Notes: generated by a model from the letters alone, not told the origin. Positions 42,037 through 54,218 are shown, counted from the stretch's first letter. The stretch: DNA of 64,000 bases from an uncultured Gemmatimonadales bacterium (GCA_963716255.1 OY970303.1:6048001-6112000); one strand, 5' to 3'. A program made the numbers and translations.

Positions 42037-43581
42037 GTGGACGCCAATCGCATCCTCATCATCGACTACGGCTCGCAGTTCACCCAGCTCATCGCCCGCC
42101 GGATCCGCGAGGAGCGCGTCTACTGCGAGATCCACCCGCCCACCCGCCCGCTGGAGTGGATCCGGGAGTGGGCCCCGCGGGGGATCGTGCTTTCCGGCGG
42201 CCCCTCGTCCGTGTACGGCGAGGACGTGCCCACCGCCGAGCCGGAGCTGCTGCGCATGGGCATCCCCGTCCTGGGGGTGTGCTACGGGATGCAGCTCATC
42301 ACCTTCTTGGAGGGCGGGACGGTGGAGCGCGGCAAGCGCGAGTACGGCCGCGCCCAGGTCACCGTGCAGGAGACGTCCGGGATCTTCGAGGGGTTCACGG
42401 CGGGGGAGCTCACCCAGGTGTGGATGAGCCACGGCGACCACATCGTGGAGCCGCCGCCGGGGTACCGCCTCCTCGCCAGCACCGAGGGGATCCCCTGGGC
42501 CGCCTTCGCCGCGGAGGACAGGCCCGTGTACGGCGTGCAGTTCCACGTGGAGGTGGCGCACACCGTCCGCGGCTCCGACATCATCCGCAACTTCGTCTTC
42601 GGGGTGTGCGGCTGCGAGCCCACCTGGACGGCGGGCTCCTACATCGACACCGAGATCGCCCGCATCCGCGAGCTGGTGGGGGACGCGCAGGTGATCTGCG
42701 GCCTTTCCGGCGGGGTCGACTCGTCGGTGGCGGCCACTCTGGTGCACCGCGCCATCGGCGACCAGCTCACCAACGTGTTCGTGGACACCGGGCTGCTGCG
42801 CAGGGGCGAGCGCGAGTCGGTGGAGCGCACCTTCCGCGCGCACCTGGGGATGAAGCTGGAGACGGTGGACGCCTCCGCGCTGTTCCTGGAGCGGCTGGCC
42901 GGCGTCGAGGACCCGGAGCGCAAGCGCAAGATCATCGGCAACACCTTCATCGACGTGTTCGAGGACGCCGTCGCCCGGGCCGGCACCGACGCCAAGTTCC
43001 TGGTGCAGGGCACCCTGTACCCGGACGTCATCGAGTCGCTGTCGGTGAAGGGTCCTTCGGCCACCATCAAGACGCACCACAACGTGGGCGGGCTCAAGGA
43101 GGACATGAAGTTCGCCCTGATCGAGCCGCTGCGGGAACTGTTCAAGGACGAGGTGCGGCAGGTGGGGCGCGAGCTGGGGCTCCCCGAGGAGATGGTGGGG
43201 CGGCACCCGTTCCCGGGGCCGGGGCTCGCCATCCGCGTGCTGGGCGCCGTGGACCGGCGGGAGCTGGACGTGCTCCGCCAGGCGGATTCCATCTACCTGG
43301 AGGAGATCCGCGCCGCCGGCCTGTACGACGACATCTGGCAGGCGTTCGCGGTGCTGCTGCCCGTGCGCTCCGTGGGCGTCATGGGCGACGAGCGGACCTA
43401 CGAGAACGTGTGCGCGCTGCGCGCCGTGACCTCCCGCGACGGGATGACGGCGGACTGGTACCCGTTTCCGCACGACGTGCTGGCCCGCATCTCCACCCGC
43501 ATCATCAACGAGGTGGACGGCATCAACCGGGTGTGCTACGACATCTCGTCCAAGCCGCCCGCCACGATCGAGTGGGAGTAG
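42037..43581 (+). CDS. guaA: GMP synthase (glutamine-hydrolysing)
   Basis: [46 protein letters not shown]. Confidence 0.98.
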   Translation: MDANRILIIDYGSQFTQLIARRIREERVYCEIHPPTRPLEWIREWAPRGIVLSGGPSSVYGEDVPTAEPELLRMGIPVLGVCYGMQLITFLEGGTVERGKREYGRAQVTVQETSGIFEGFTAGELTQVWMSHGDHIVEPPPGYRLLASTEGIPWAAFAAEDRPVYGVQFHVEVAHTVRGSDIIRNFVFGVCGCEPTWTAGSYIDTEIARIRELVGDAQVICGLSGGVDSSVAATLVHRAIGDQLTNVFVDTGLLRRGERESVERTFRAHLGMKLETVDASALFLERLAGVEDPERKRKIIGNTFIDVFEDAVARAGTDAKFLVQGTLYPDVIESLSVKGPSATIKTHHNVGGLKEDMKFALIEPLRELFKDEVRQVGRELGLPEEMVGRHPFPGPGLAIRVLGAVDRRELDVLRQADSIYLEEIRAAGLYDDIWQAFAVLLPVRSVGVMGDERTYENVCALRAVTSRDGMTADWYPFPHDVLARISTRIINEVDGINRVCYDISSKPPATIEWE

Positions 43582-43618
43582 GAGCGGATCCTGTACGTAT
43601 GGAACTGCATTGAACTGC

Positions 43619-43753
43619 GGGTTCGGGCGTGCCCCCGGCTGGCGCCGGGGTCGGGCTTCGGCTCCGTAAGCCCGCAAACAACGCGGGCTAACGGAGTCGA
43701 GCCCGCGCAAACAGCCGCGCGGTCTCGCCCCTTCGGGCCGTAATCCCTCACGC
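43619..43753 (+). repeat. Structured intergenic repeat copy 5
   Basis: Same scaffold; about 37 nt after the guaA stop. Confidence 0.92.
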
Positions 43754-43786
43754 AACTGCCTGCCTGACCGCGAGATCCAGCCGTTG

Positions 43787-43841
43787 CCCCCTCTCCCGGA
43801 ATTGGGAGAGGGTGGCGAGCCTCAGGCGAGCCGGGTGAGGG
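43787..43841. repeat. REP-like palindrome
   Basis: CCCTCTCCCGGAATTGGGAGAGGGTGGCGAGCCTCAGGCGAGCCGGGTGAGGG, matching 36953 and 48141/48236. Confidence 0.8.
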
Positions 43842-43849
43842 CCCGCTGA

Positions 43850-43892
43850 AACGAAGCAGGGTCCGTCGCGTCGCGACGGACCCTGCTTCGTT
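43850..43892. terminator. Perfect 21-bp inverted repeat between convergent genes, probable bidirectional terminator
   Basis: AACGAAGCAGGGTCCGTCGCG-T-CGCGACGGACCCTGCTTCGTT. Confidence 0.65.
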
Positions 43893-43908
43893 CGAGCCCA
43901 CATCACCC

Positions 43909-45798
43909 TCAGACGGCCATCGCCGCTCCCCGCGCGCTCGGCTCGGCCGCGGGGGACGGCGCGTCCTCCACCGTGAAGCCGGCGACGAGCTGCCGGAGGC
44001 GGGCCGCCAGCCCCGTCAGCGACTCGGCGTGGTCCGTTGCCCCGGGCGACTCGCCGTGCTCGGAGGCGCCGGCCAGGGCGGCTACGGTGCCCATGGTTCC
44101 CTCCAGCTGCTCGGCGAGGGCGGTCATCTCCTCGGCGGATGCGGCGTTCTCCTCCGCGACGGCGGCCACGTCCGCCAGCACCGCGGTGGTTTCCGACACC
44201 CGGTCGGAGATGCGCCGCGTGTCGGCGGTGAGCTCGTGCACCAGGCGCTCCCCCGCCTCCAGCGCGCGGAAGATCCCGTCCAGCGCCTCGCCCACCTGGT
44301 GGGCGCGCCCCGCCGTTCCCTGCACCTCGGCGGCGCTCCGCTCGATCGCCGCGACCGCCCGGTCGATCCCGCGCTTCATCTCGCCCACCACCTCCACCGT
44401 GCGGGCCGCCGCGTGGCCCGTCCCCTCCGCCAGCTTGCGGACCTCGTCGGCCACCACCGCGAAGCCCCGGCCGTGCTCGCCGGCGCGAGCGGCCTCGATG
44501 GCGGCGTTGAGGGCCAGCAGGTTGGTCTGCCGGGCGATCCCGGTGATCGTCCCCACGAACCCCTCGATCTCCGCCGAGTGGCGCCGCAGCTCCCTCACCT
44601 GCTCGGTGTTCATGCCCACCACGCGCCCCGCCTCCTCCGTCGCGCGCACGATTTCCGTCACCCGCTCGCCCCCGTGGCGGGCGTTCGCCACCGAGTCGCG
44701 GATGGAGCCGGCCATCCGCTCCGCGCCCGCCGCGATGCTCCCCACCGAATCGGAGATCTCCTCCATCCGGGCGAACGCGCGCTGCGCCGAGCCCGCCTGC
44801 TCCTCGGCGCCCACGGTGATCTGCCCCACGGCGGAGTTCAGGTGCTGCACCGCCGAGCGCGTCTCCCACGCCAGCGTGGAGATCTCGCCCCCGTGGCTCT
44901 CCAGCGAGGAGCCGGTCCGCTGGATCTGGGCGATCACCACGCGCAGGTCGTGCGCCATCCGGTTGAAGGAGTGCGCCATCTGGCCCACCTCGTCGCCGCC
45001 GGCCACCCGCACGTCCTCGCCCGTCAGGTCCCCGGCGGCGATCCGCCGCGCCCGCTCCGCCATGCGCGTGACCGGCTCGGTCACGGCGCGGCCCAGGATC
45101 CACGAGATCACCAGCCCAGCCAGCAGCAGCGCCGCGAGAACCAGCACGCCCGTCCACTGGGCGGCGGCCCCGGCGCCGTCGGCCTGCTCCGTCAGCGTCG
45201 TGCCGGCCCCGGCGTGGGAGTCCTCCAGCTCGCCCAGGAACTCCCGGAACCCGTCCACCTCCGCCACGAGCGCCGCCATGCGGGCGTGGGCCGCCGCGTC
45301 GTCCGCCGCCTCGCCGCGGGCGATGCGCGCCGCGACGTCGCCGCCGCGCGCGGCGATGCGCGCGCGCGCCTGCAGCGCCTGCCTCGCGAGCGCGGCGCGC
45401 TCCGGCGTGAGGCCGTCGAGCGCCAGGTACGCCCCGAGCCGCTCCTCCGTCTGGCGCATGTTCTCCGCGTAGAAGTCCAGCCAGCGCCTGCGGCCGGCCG
45501 CGTCCCGCGCACGCGCGGCCTCGTTCAGCCCCAGCACCGCCTGGTAGCCGTCCCGGTCGATGTTGAGCACCAGCCCCAGCCCGGCCAGCTCGCGTGTGGC
45601 CAGCTCGTGCGTCAGCGTGCGGGCGTGGCGGGCGGGGGCGAGCATGCCGGCCACCCCGAGGGCGGCGATCACCAGCAGGAAGCCGACGCTCCCGCGCAGC
45701 TTCCAGGCGAAGGGCCAGTCTCGGACGGCATACGATCGGCGGGAAAAGCCCGGCGCAGGGGACGCGGGGGCGGAGCCGTACGGAGGAGACTCGCTCAT
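43909..45798 (-). CDS. Methyl-accepting chemotaxis protein with HAMP domain
   Basis: Two TM helices, HAMP ([13 protein letters not shown]), [37 protein letters not shown]. Confidence 0.95.
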   Translation of the reverse strand: MSESPPYGSAPASPAPGFSRRSYAVRDWPFAWKLRGSVGFLLVIAALGVAGMLAPARHARTLTHELATRELAGLGLVLNIDRDGYQAVLGLNEAARARDAAGRRRWLDFYAENMRQTEERLGAYLALDGLTPERAALARQALQARARIAARGGDVAARIARGEAADDAAAHARMAALVAEVDGFREFLGELEDSHAGAGTTLTEQADGAGAAAQWTGVLVLAALLLAGLVISWILGRAVTEPVTRMAERARRIAAGDLTGEDVRVAGGDEVGQMAHSFNRMAHDLRVVIAQIQRTGSSLESHGGEISTLAWETRSAVQHLNSAVGQITVGAEEQAGSAQRAFARMEEISDSVGSIAAGAERMAGSIRDSVANARHGGERVTEIVRATEEAGRVVGMNTEQVRELRRHSAEIEGFVGTITGIARQTNLLALNAAIEAARAGEHGRGFAVVADEVRKLAEGTGHAAARTVEVVGEMKRGIDRAVAAIERSAAEVQGTAGRAHQVGEALDGIFRALEAGERLVHELTADTRRISDRVSETTAVLADVAAVAEENAASAEEMTALAEQLEGTMGTVAALAGASEHGESPGATDHAESLTGLAARLRQLVAGFTVEDAPSPAAEPSARGAAMAV

Positions 45799-46032
45799 GT
45801 AGACGTGCAGCTGCGGTTGGGACGGAGGATCGGGAACCGGGAGGGCCGCCGGGGGCGGTCCGGGCGTGGGACGGGGAGGTGGAGAGCCATCCAAAATACG
45901 CCAGTTCCGGTCGAGCGGCAAGGCCGCGGCGGAATGCCCGCTTCCGCCGCCGCCGGTTGCGTGGGCCACCGCCGCCCGGCAGATTCGCGGAGAACGCCGA
46001 GTCCTCTCCGCAACCCGCTCCCCGCCCCCTCC

Positions 46033-47874
46033 ATGCACACCCGCATTCCCGTCACCCTGCTCCTCGCCGCCCTGGCCCTCACCGGGTGCGCGTCCGCCGT
46101 CCGCGGGCCCGCCCCGGCGGGCGAGCTCCGCACCCCGCCGGCGCTGCCCGCCCGGAGCGCGCCGGACGCGTCCGCGCCGGGCGCCGCATCCCAGCGGCTG
46201 CACCGGCTGTTCGCCGACGAGTGGGAGCGCACGCTGCGGGAGAACCCGCTCACCGCCACCGGCTTCGGCGACCGCCGCTACAACGACCGCCTCCCCTCGG
46301 TAGGGCTGGCGGACCAGCAGCGCAACCTGGAGGCGGACCGGGCCGCGCTGGCACGGCTGCTCGCCATCCCCCGCGACTCGCTGTCGCCGGCGGACGCGCT
46401 GAACTACGACGTGTTCCGCCGCCTGCGAGAGAACGACGTGGCGGATGCCGAGTTCCGCGGCTACCTGATCCCCATCACCAACCGCGAGGGGTTCCACACC
46501 TACTTCCCCGAGCTCCCGGGCGACGTCCCCCTCGCCACCGTGGAGGACTACGACAACTACGTCGCGCGGCTGCGCGCCTTCCGCGCCTACTCGGCGCAGC
46601 ACGTGGAGCTCATGCGCGAGGGGATACGCGTGGGGATGGTGATGCCGCGTGTCGCGCTGGAGGGGATGGAAACGTCCATCACGGCCCACATGGTGGCCGA
46701 TCCTACCAAGAGCCTGCTCTACGCGCCCTTCACCCGCTTCCCGGCGGGCGTGCCCGACAGCGCGCGGGCGCGGCTGGAGCGCGCGGGGCGCGACGCCATC
46801 GCCACCTCCGTGGTGGCGGGGTACCGCGAGTTCGGGGAGTTCATGGCGCGCGAGTACATCCCCGCCGCCCGGAAGACCATCGGCGCGTCCGAGCTGCCGC
46901 GGGGGCGTGAATACTACGCCACCCGCGTGCGCCGCTTCACCACGCTCGACCTGACCCCCGAGCAGGTGCACCAGACCGGGCTCGCCGAGGTGGCGCGGAT
47001 CCGCGCCGCCATGGACTCCGTGATGCGCTCCACCGGCTTCCGCGGCACCTTCCCGGAGTTCGTGCGCTTCCTGCGCAGCGACCCGCGCTTCTACGTGAAC
47101 ACCCCCGACGAGCTCCTCCGGCACACCTCGCTGGTGCTGAAGCGCATGGACGGCGAGCTCCCCCGGCTCTTCGGGCGGCTGCCTCGGCTTCCGTACGGGA
47201 TCCGGGAGATCCCCGACTACATCGCGCCGCGCACCACCACCGCGTACTACTCCCCCGGCTCGCCGGACGGGACCCGCGCCGGCAACTACTACGTCAACAC
47301 CTACGACCTCAAGAGCCGGCCGCTGTACGAGGTGGAGTCGCTCTCCTTCCACGAGTCCGTCCCCGGGCACCACCTGCAGATCGCGCTCGCGCAGGAGCTT
47401 CCCGACGCGCCCGCGTTCCGCCGCAGCGCCAGCTTCACCGCCTTCGTGGAAGGATGGGGGCTGTACGCCGAGAGCCTGGGGAGCGAGGTGGGCTTCTTCC
47501 AGGACCCGTACAGCTACTTCGGGCACCTCACGTACGACGCCTGGCGGGCGTGCCGCCTGGTGGTGGACACCGGCATCCACGACAAGGGGTGGACCCGCCA
47601 GCAGGCCATCGACTACATGGCCGCAAACACCGGGCTGTCGCTGCTCAACATCACCAACGAGGTGGACCGCTACATCGCGTGGCCGGGGCAGGCGCTGGCG
47701 TACAAGGTGGGGCAGCTCAAGATCCGCGAGCTGCGCACCCTGGCCGAGCGCGAGCTGGGGCCGCGGTTCGACGTGCGCGAGTTCCACGACGTGGTGCTCG
47801 GCAGCGGATCCATCCCCATGAGCGTGCTGGAGGCCAACGTCCGTTCGTACATCGCGCAGAAGAAGGGGTCGTGA
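46033..47874 (+). CDS. DUF885 family lipoprotein
   Basis: Lipobox [42 protein letters not shown]. Confidence 0.9.
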   Translation: MHTRIPVTLLLAALALTGCASAVRGPAPAGELRTPPALPARSAPDASAPGAASQRLHRLFADEWERTLRENPLTATGFGDRRYNDRLPSVGLADQQRNLEADRAALARLLAIPRDSLSPADALNYDVFRRLRENDVADAEFRGYLIPITNREGFHTYFPELPGDVPLATVEDYDNYVARLRAFRAYSAQHVELMREGIRVGMVMPRVALEGMETSITAHMVADPTKSLLYAPFTRFPAGVPDSARARLERAGRDAIATSVVAGYREFGEFMAREYIPAARKTIGASELPRGREYYATRVRRFTTLDLTPEQVHQTGLAEVARIRAAMDSVMRSTGFRGTFPEFVRFLRSDPRFYVNTPDELLRHTSLVLKRMDGELPRLFGRLPRLPYGIREIPDYIAPRTTTAYYSPGSPDGTRAGNYYVNTYDLKSRPLYEVESLSFHESVPGHHLQIALAQELPDAPAFRRSASFTAFVEGWGLYAESLGSEVGFFQDPYSYFGHLTYDAWRACRLVVDTGIHDKGWTRQQAIDYMAANTGLSLLNITNEVDRYIAWPGQALAYKVGQLKIRELRTLAERELGPRFDVREFHDVVLGSGSIPMSVLEANVRSYIAQKKGS

Positions 47875-47907
47875 CGGATCGAACGGATTTGAACGGATAG
47901 AACGGCA

Positions 47908-48060
47908 GGGTCGGGCGTGTCCCCGGCTGTCGCCGGGGTCGGGCTTCGGCTCCGTAACGCAGCAAACAGCGCTGCGTAACGGAGTCGAGCCCCGCGAAAC
48001 TGCCCGCGGGTCTCGCCCCTTCGGGCCGAAATCCCTCACGCGGGGCCCGCGCTGGCGTCC
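47908..48060 (+). repeat. Structured intergenic repeat copy 6
   Basis: Same scaffold; preceded by GAACGGAT tandem repeats after the DUF885 stop. Confidence 0.92.
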
Positions 48061-48066
48061 GCCGGG

Positions 48067-48290
48067 GCCCCCTCCCCCCGGCCCCCTCCCCCGCAAGCGG
48101 GAGAGGGGGAGCACGACACGACAAACCCGAAGGTCAGGAAGCCCTCCCCCAGAATTGGGGGAGGGTGGCGGCTCTCAGGCCGCCGGGTGGGGGCCCGCGG
48201 ACGCCAGCATGACCTCTGCCATGGCGGTGCCGTTGCCCCCTCTCCCAGGATTGGGAGAGGATGGCGAGCCTCGAGCGAGCCGGGTGAGGA
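48067..48290. repeat. Cluster of REP-like palindromes
   Basis: Same order of units as 36873-37007, including the GCACGACAC spacer and GGTCAGGAAGCCCTCCCCCAGAATTGGGGGAGGG. Confidence 0.8.
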
Positions 48291-48395
48291 CCGTGCGGGG
48301 ACCGGGCAGCGCGGCCGGGGGTAACAGTGCGCGGCGCCGCTCCTCCGCAACTCCGCGCGGGGGAACGGCTTGTGTTTTCCCAGCACCGCCCGCCC

Positions 48396-50123
48396 ATGCC
48401 GACCGCCGCCGCTTCGCCGCTCGACGACGCGCCGCCCCGTCCACCGGAGCCGCAGGACCGGCTGGCCCCGGAGGAGCCGGCCGCGGCCGGGCCGCTGCGG
48501 CGCATGCGGCGGACGTGGGCCGTGCTGGCCGCGCTCCTCCCCTTCGTGCTGTCGTTCCTGCGCGACCGCAGGCGCTGGCTCGTGTTCGGGGCGCGGCGGC
48601 GGCGCTCGCCGGAGGAGCACCGGCTGCGCGCGCGGGAGCTGGCGGACACCATCGCCGCGCTGGGGCCCACCTTCATCAAGCTGGCGCAGGTGTTCGGCTC
48701 GCGCGCCGACATCGTCCCCGAGCCCTACCTGTCCGAGGTCGCGCGGCTCCAGGATTCCGTCGCGCCGCTCCCCGCCGAGGCGATCGAGGCGGTGATCCGG
48801 GAGGAGTTCGGGCGCCCGGCGCACGCGCTCTTCGCCCGCTTCGACCGGGAGCCCGTCGCCGCCGCGTCGCTGGGGCAGGTGCACCGCGCCCGCGTGGGCG
48901 ACCGCGAGGTGGCGGTCAAGGTGCTGCGCCCCGGCGTCCGCGAGCTGGTGGCGCTGGACCTGGAGATCTCCTTCCGCGTGCTCCGTCTCGTCAACCTCCT
49001 CTTCCCCAACCACCACGTCCGCGCGCTCACCACGGTGGTGCGCGAGTTCCAGAAGCGCATCCGCGAGGAGCTGGACCTGCGCCGCGAGGCCGCCAACACC
49101 GAGGAGTTCCGCCGCCACTTCGCGGGCGACGCCCGCATCCGCGCGCCCGAGGTGCTGGCCGAGTTCACCCGGCGCCGCGTGCTGGTGACCGAGTACGTGC
49201 ACGGTACCAAGGTGGACCGCCTGCACGCGCGCTTCGCCGCCGGCGACCTCTCGTTCCCCCGCATGATGGAGACGCTTTCCGAGGCGTACCTGCGGATGAT
49301 GCTGGTGGACGGGACGCTGCACGCCGACCCGCACCCCGGCAACATCCTGGTGGAGGCGGACGGGACGATCGTCTTCCTGGACTTCGGGATGGTGGTGAGG
49401 ATCGAGCGCGCCACCCGCGACCACCTCTTCCGCCTGTCGCTGGCCGCCGCGCGCGAGGACGTGGACGGCGTCGTCGCCGGCATGTACGCGCTGGGGATGA
49501 TCGACCCCGAGGTGTCGCGCGGCGAGATCCGCGAGGCCGCCACGCAGGTCCTGGGGATCGTGCGGCGGGCGCGCGAGCTGAGCCAGCGCCGCGTGCAGGA
49601 GATGGTGCAGGAGATCCTGGACACCTTCTACACCTGGCCGCTGGTGCTCCCCGAAGAGCTGGTGTACTTCCTCCGCGCCTCGGCGCTGCTGGAGGGGATC
49701 GGCTTCCGCTACGACCCGGCGTTCCAGGGGCTGGACTCGGTGCGCCCCGTGCTGGCCCGGATGAAGGGCGAGCTGATGAGGTCCATGGGCGGCGGCGAGC
49801 CCGCCGACGTCGCGCGCGGCGTGCTCGCCGAGGCCGAGCGGACGCTGCGCGCCCTGCAGGACGTGGTGCGCCGCGCCGAGCGCGAGGAGCTGCGGATGCG
49901 CGCCCACCCGCGCGACTTCCACCGCATCGAGCGCACGCTGGGGCTGCTGGTGCGGCGCGTCCTCCTGGGGGTGGGCGGGATGACGGCGGCCGTGGTCTCC
50001 ACCCTGCTTTTCATGGCCGAGGGTGGGCGCTCCACGCTGCTGGCCGGCAACGCCGCGGCGCTGCTGCTCTTCCTCGCCGCCCTCCTGGCCCCCAGCCGGC
50101 TGCTGGGCGGGCGCAGGCGTTAG
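48396..50123 (+). CDS. ABC1/AarF/UbiB family atypical kinase
   Basis: LGPTFIKLAQ, AAASLGQVHRA, VAVKV, HADPHPGN, LDFGMV. Confidence 0.93.
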   Translation: MPTAAASPLDDAPPRPPEPQDRLAPEEPAAAGPLRRMRRTWAVLAALLPFVLSFLRDRRRWLVFGARRRRSPEEHRLRARELADTIAALGPTFIKLAQVFGSRADIVPEPYLSEVARLQDSVAPLPAEAIEAVIREEFGRPAHALFARFDREPVAAASLGQVHRARVGDREVAVKVLRPGVRELVALDLEISFRVLRLVNLLFPNHHVRALTTVVREFQKRIREELDLRREAANTEEFRRHFAGDARIRAPEVLAEFTRRRVLVTEYVHGTKVDRLHARFAAGDLSFPRMMETLSEAYLRMMLVDGTLHADPHPGNILVEADGTIVFLDFGMVVRIERATRDHLFRLSLAAAREDVDGVVAGMYALGMIDPEVSRGEIREAATQVLGIVRRARELSQRRVQEMVQEILDTFYTWPLVLPEELVYFLRASALLEGIGFRYDPAFQGLDSVRPVLARMKGELMRSMGGGEPADVARGVLAEAERTLRALQDVVRRAEREELRMRAHPRDFHRIERTLGLLVRRVLLGVGGMTAAVVSTLLFMAEGGRSTLLAGNAAALLLFLAALLAPSRLLGGRRR

Positions 50124-50223
50124 GGCGGGCCCGCTCGAAATGCTGGACTCCTCTCGGCGGGACCGCGTACATTGACGCGGTCCCGCCGAAGTGCTTCCGC
50201 CCCCCTCCTCGCCGACGGTCCCC

Positions 50224-52098
50224 GTGTCCCGCATCCCCCAGGCAGTCCGCACCTATGCCCGCGACGCGGCGGGCGCCTTCGCGCTCGCCCCCGTCGAGGT
50301 CCTTCTCGGGCTGTTCGTCGCCACCGCCTTTTCCGTTGCCCTTCGACAGACCGGCGGGATGGACTGGTGGCCGAAGGTCGCCGCCTCCGCGGCGCTCGCC
50401 CTCCTCCTGGTGTTCGGGCTGAGCCTGCTCCGCGCCCGCGGCGTGATCGGCGACGGCGCCCGCTGGGGCGGCATCGCGCTGGTCCTCATGGCCGCGGCCG
50501 CGTACGGGGCGTGGGTCGTGGACACCGACCGCGCCACGGAGGCCTTTCGCTTCGCGGCGCTGCTGGGCGCGGCCGCCATGGCGCTGTCGCTGGTGTCCGT
50601 GGTGGGCGTGGACGGCCACGACCGGCGCCGGCGCGACTTCTGGCGCTTCAACGCGCTCCTGCTGGCGCGCATCGTCAGCGTGGTGGCGTACGGGGGGGCC
50701 CTGTTCGCGGCGCTCGCCGGGGCCGTCGCCGCGGTGTCCTCGCTGTTCGAGCTGACAACGCCGGAGCACCTGTACCAGGACCTGCTCGGCGCGGTGTTCT
50801 TCGCCCTGGTGCCGTGGGTGGTGGCGGGGGGGATCCCGGAGCTGGTGGCCGGGCCGGCCGGCGAAGGGCGGGCCCCGCGGGCCATCCGCCTGCTGGGCCG
50901 CTTCCTGTACGCGCCGGTGCTGGTGGTGTACCTGGCCATCCTGGTCGCCTACGCGGTCAAGGTCGTGGCCACCGGCGAGATGCCCAAGAACCTCCTGTCG
51001 CCCATCATCCTCCTGGCCGGGATCGGCGGCTTCCTGGGCTCGCTCCTGCTGGAGCCGCTGCGCCGCGACCCGGAGCACGCCGGCGTCGCCCGGCTGGTCC
51101 GCGTCTTCCCCGCGGTCCTGCTCGCCCTGCTCCCGCTCGCCACCTGGGCCGTGTGGGTGCGCCGCGACCAGTACGGGTGGACGGAGTCCCGCTACCTGCG
51201 CTTCGCGCTGCTTCTCGCGCTCGGCGTTCTGGCGGCGGCGGGGGTGTACCGGCTGGCGCGGCGGAAGGAGCCGGTCCTGCTGCTGGTTCCCGTGGTCCTG
51301 GGCGGGACGCTGCTGCTTTCCGCCTTCGGTCCCTGGGGCGCGTCGGCGGTCTCGCGGCGCAGCCAGGAGGCCCGTCTCCGGCAGGGGCTCGCGCAGGCCG
51401 GGCTGCTGCGGGACGGGCGCTACGCCGGCACGCTGCAGCCTCCCGACACGGCTGTCGCCCGCCCCGTGGCCGACACGCGGAAGACCATCCCCCGCGAGCT
51501 GCACGCCCAGGTCTCCGGCGCCATCTCCTACCTGTACGACTCGCACGGACCGGAGTCGCTGCGCGGCGTGTTCGGGCCCGGGCTGGAGCGCTACCAGGGC
51601 GGTTGGATGCTGGTGAAAGCGCTCCCCGTCCGCCCCGGGTGCGAGGGCGACGAGGAGCTCCTGTCGGTCCACGCCTCCCTCCCCGGCCAGCTCCCCGTCC
51701 CCGGGCTGGCCGGTGGGACGCTGTACCGCGTGCAGCGCGCCGCTCTCTCGGAGCCGCCGGAGCCGCGGGCCGGTCCGGTCCAGCTCCAGCTCGCCGCGAA
51801 CGGGCTGCGCGTGCACGCCGCCGTCCCCGAGCGCTGGACGGCGCAGGTGGACCTGCGCGCCCTGGTCGCGCGCCTGACCTCCACCGGCCCGGACGGGTGC
51901 GGGCCGGGCGACCGCTTCGCTTCCGCCGAGATCCTCCCCGCCGAGGTGGTGCGCCCGCTGGTCGACGAGACGGGCAGGGCGCGGGGGCAGCTGGTCCTGA
52001 CGGAGGTGGCGGTGACGCGCCCGGAGGCGGGCGCCGGCGCGGCACGCGGACCGTTCCGGCTGGAGAGCGTGTCGGGGATGGTGCTCGTGCGGGAGTGA
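50224..52098 (+). CDS. DUF4153-like multi-pass membrane protein
   Basis: About 10 TM helices, YGWTESRY motif, SRRSQ.ARL; family call from motif memory. Confidence 0.65.
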   Translation: MSRIPQAVRTYARDAAGAFALAPVEVLLGLFVATAFSVALRQTGGMDWWPKVAASAALALLLVFGLSLLRARGVIGDGARWGGIALVLMAAAAYGAWVVDTDRATEAFRFAALLGAAAMALSLVSVVGVDGHDRRRRDFWRFNALLLARIVSVVAYGGALFAALAGAVAAVSSLFELTTPEHLYQDLLGAVFFALVPWVVAGGIPELVAGPAGEGRAPRAIRLLGRFLYAPVLVVYLAILVAYAVKVVATGEMPKNLLSPIILLAGIGGFLGSLLLEPLRRDPEHAGVARLVRVFPAVLLALLPLATWAVWVRRDQYGWTESRYLRFALLLALGVLAAAGVYRLARRKEPVLLLVPVVLGGTLLLSAFGPWGASAVSRRSQEARLRQGLAQAGLLRDGRYAGTLQPPDTAVARPVADTRKTIPRELHAQVSGAISYLYDSHGPESLRGVFGPGLERYQGGWMLVKALPVRPGCEGDEELLSVHASLPGQLPVPGLAGGTLYRVQRAALSEPPEPRAGPVQLQLAANGLRVHAAVPERWTAQVDLRALVARLTSTGPDGCGPGDRFASAEILPAEVVRPLVDETGRARGQLVLTEVAVTRPEAGAGAARGPFRLESVSGMVLVRE

Positions 52099-52173
52099 AA
52101 TGGCGTCTGGCTTGCGCCTCGCCTCATCTGGGCGTATTTTTCGTCCAGTTGATCCATCCGCCTGGAGGTGAGA

Positions 52174-52608
52174 ATGGACGCCGATTCCGAGAAGGTCGCC
52201 GAGATCCTGGGGGGCGAGGAGGTGCTGTACGAGCGCGTCCGCAACTCGGCGGACCTGCAGCGCGTGGTGAGGGAAGGGCTGCCGGTGCGCGCCCTGGACG
52301 AGGCCGTGCGCTACGTGGTGGGGAGCGGCCGCGAGGCCCGCCTTCTCCGCGACCGCCTGGTCCCCCGCGCCACCCTCGCGCGGCGCACCCGCCTGCGCCT
52401 CCCGGAGAGCGAGCGCGTGGAGCGCCTGGCCCGCGTCATGGCCCTGGCCGAGCAGGTGTGGGAGAGCCGCGACGACGCGCGCGAGTTCCTGGCCCTGCCG
52501 CACCCCATGCTCGAGGAGCGCTCTCCGCTGGAGATGGCCGAGACCGAGCTCGGCGCCCGCCGGGTGGAGCGGCTGCTGATGAACCTGGAGTACGGCCTGC
52601 CGGTCTGA
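52174..52608 (+). CDS. Xre/MbcA/ParS-family antitoxin
   Basis: ESERVERLARV…A..FL..PHPML…PLE…GARRVE.LL..LEYG. Confidence 0.88.
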   Translation: MDADSEKVAEILGGEEVLYERVRNSADLQRVVREGLPVRALDEAVRYVVGSGREARLLRDRLVPRATLARRTRLRLPESERVERLARVMALAEQVWESRDDAREFLALPHPMLEERSPLEMAETELGARRVERLLMNLEYGLPV

Positions 52609-53069
52609 TGACCCCGGTGTACCGCGTCACCAAGGCGAAGTACCCGGTGTTCGACGGTACGGGGGCGTACCTGGAGGGCGGTCGGTGGAACTCCCCCGGC
52701 CGCCCCGTCGTGTACGGCTCCACCTGCCTGGCGGGATGCCTGCTGGAGGTGCTGGTGCACGCCGGGCGCATGCAGAAGATCCCCGGCGCGCACCACTGCG
52801 CCCGCGCCGAGGTCCCGGACGACCTCGCCGTGGAGGTCGCCGACGAGAGCCGCATTCCCGGCTGGGACGCCGCGGAATCGTCCGCGGCCCGCGCGTACGG
52901 CGACGCCTGGCTGGCGCAGGGGCGCTCCGCCGTGCTTTCCGTCCCCGCCGCCGCGTCGCGCCCCCTGGGCCGCAACCTCCTCCTCAACCCGCTGCACCCC
53001 GACTTCGCACGCGTCCGGCTGTATCCCCCCGAGCCCATCGCCTGGGACGCCCGCCTGTTCGGCATCTGA
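52608..53069 (+). CDS. RES-domain toxin
   Basis: FDGTGA…GGRWNSPG…LLE…LSVP…NLLLNPLHPDF; TGATG coupling to the antitoxin. Confidence 0.88.
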   Translation: MTPVYRVTKAKYPVFDGTGAYLEGGRWNSPGRPVVYGSTCLAGCLLEVLVHAGRMQKIPGAHHCARAEVPDDLAVEVADESRIPGWDAAESSAARAYGDAWLAQGRSAVLSVPAAASRPLGRNLLLNPLHPDFARVRLYPPEPIAWDARLFGI

Positions 53070-53132
53070 ACGGCGGGTCGCGGGAGTGCGCGCCAGCTTG
53101 ACAATCCTCCCGGCGCGGCGGCAGTTTCCGGC

Positions 53133-54218
53133 ATGAGCACAGACCTGCAGACCGACCGCGAGCAGGACCTCCTGCAGCGGTTCCGCGCCGGGCAGCGCCT
53201 CGCCCTCGCCCGCGCCATATCCATCGTCGAGAACGGCCAGCCCGGCTTCGAGCGCATCCTCCACGAGCTGCACGGCGGCCTGGGCCGCACCCAGCGCATC
53301 GGGATGACGGGGCCGCCCGGGGCGGGGAAGTCCACCCTCACCTCCAAGCTCACCTCCCATTTCCGCGGGCAGGAGGAGCGGGTGGGGATTGTCGCGGTGG
53401 ACCCCTCGTCGCCGTTCACGGGGGGCGCGCTCCTGGGCGACCGCATCCGCATGAACAGCCTGGCCACCGACCCGGGCGTCTTCATCCGCTCCATGGCCGC
53501 CCGCGGCTCGCTGGGCGGGCTGGCGACCACCACCAGCGAGGTCGCGGACCTGATGGACGCCTACGGGTGCGACCGCGTGCTGCTGGAAACGGTGGGGGTG
53601 GGGCAGTCGGAGCTGGAGATCGCGGAAACGGCCGACACCACCGTGGTGGTGCTGGTCCCCGAGTCCGGCGACTCCATCCAGGCGATGAAAGCCGGGCTGA
53701 TGGAGATCGCCGACGTGTTCGTCATCAACAAGGCCGACCGTCCCGGCGCCGACCGCCTGGCGCAGGAGATCGAGGTGATGCTCCACATGCGCCTGGGCGA
53801 GTCGGCGCCCGCGGCGGCGGGGCACCACGGCGTGTCGCTGAAGACGGTGGGCAGGGCGGCGCGCGAGCGGACGCGGGAGGCGGCGACCGAAGGGGGCGGG
53901 TGGGCGATCCCGGTGCTCAAGACCGTGGCGCAGACCGGAGAGGGAATCGAGGAGCTGGTCCGAACCCTGGACCGGCATGCCGTGTATCTACGCGAGAGCG
54001 GCGAGCTGTCGCGCCGCCGGCGGAACCGGCTGGCCGAGCGCGTCCGGGCGGTGGTGGACCGGCAGATGAAGAAGCGGGCCTGGACCGACGGACGCGGCGA
54101 AGAGATCCTGGACGAATCGCTCCCCGCGCTGGAATCGGGCGCGGAGTCCCCCTATACCGTCGCGGCGCGGATCGTGCGAGCGATGGGCCTCGAAACCCCA
54201 CGAAGGACCGAGACATGA
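53133..54218 (+). CDS. meaB: Acyl-CoA mutase-associated GTPase MeaB/ArgK
   Basis: GPPGAGKST, AVDPSSPFTGGALLGDRIRM, ETVGVGQSE, NKAD. Confidence 0.93.
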   Translation: MSTDLQTDREQDLLQRFRAGQRLALARAISIVENGQPGFERILHELHGGLGRTQRIGMTGPPGAGKSTLTSKLTSHFRGQEERVGIVAVDPSSPFTGGALLGDRIRMNSLATDPGVFIRSMAARGSLGGLATTTSEVADLMDAYGCDRVLLETVGVGQSELEIAETADTTVVVLVPESGDSIQAMKAGLMEIADVFVINKADRPGADRLAQEIEVMLHMRLGESAPAAAGHHGVSLKTVGRAARERTREAATEGGGWAIPVLKTVAQTGEGIEELVRTLDRHAVYLRESGELSRRRRNRLAERVRAVVDRQMKKRAWTDGRGEEILDESLPALESGAESPYTVAARIVRAMGLETPRRTET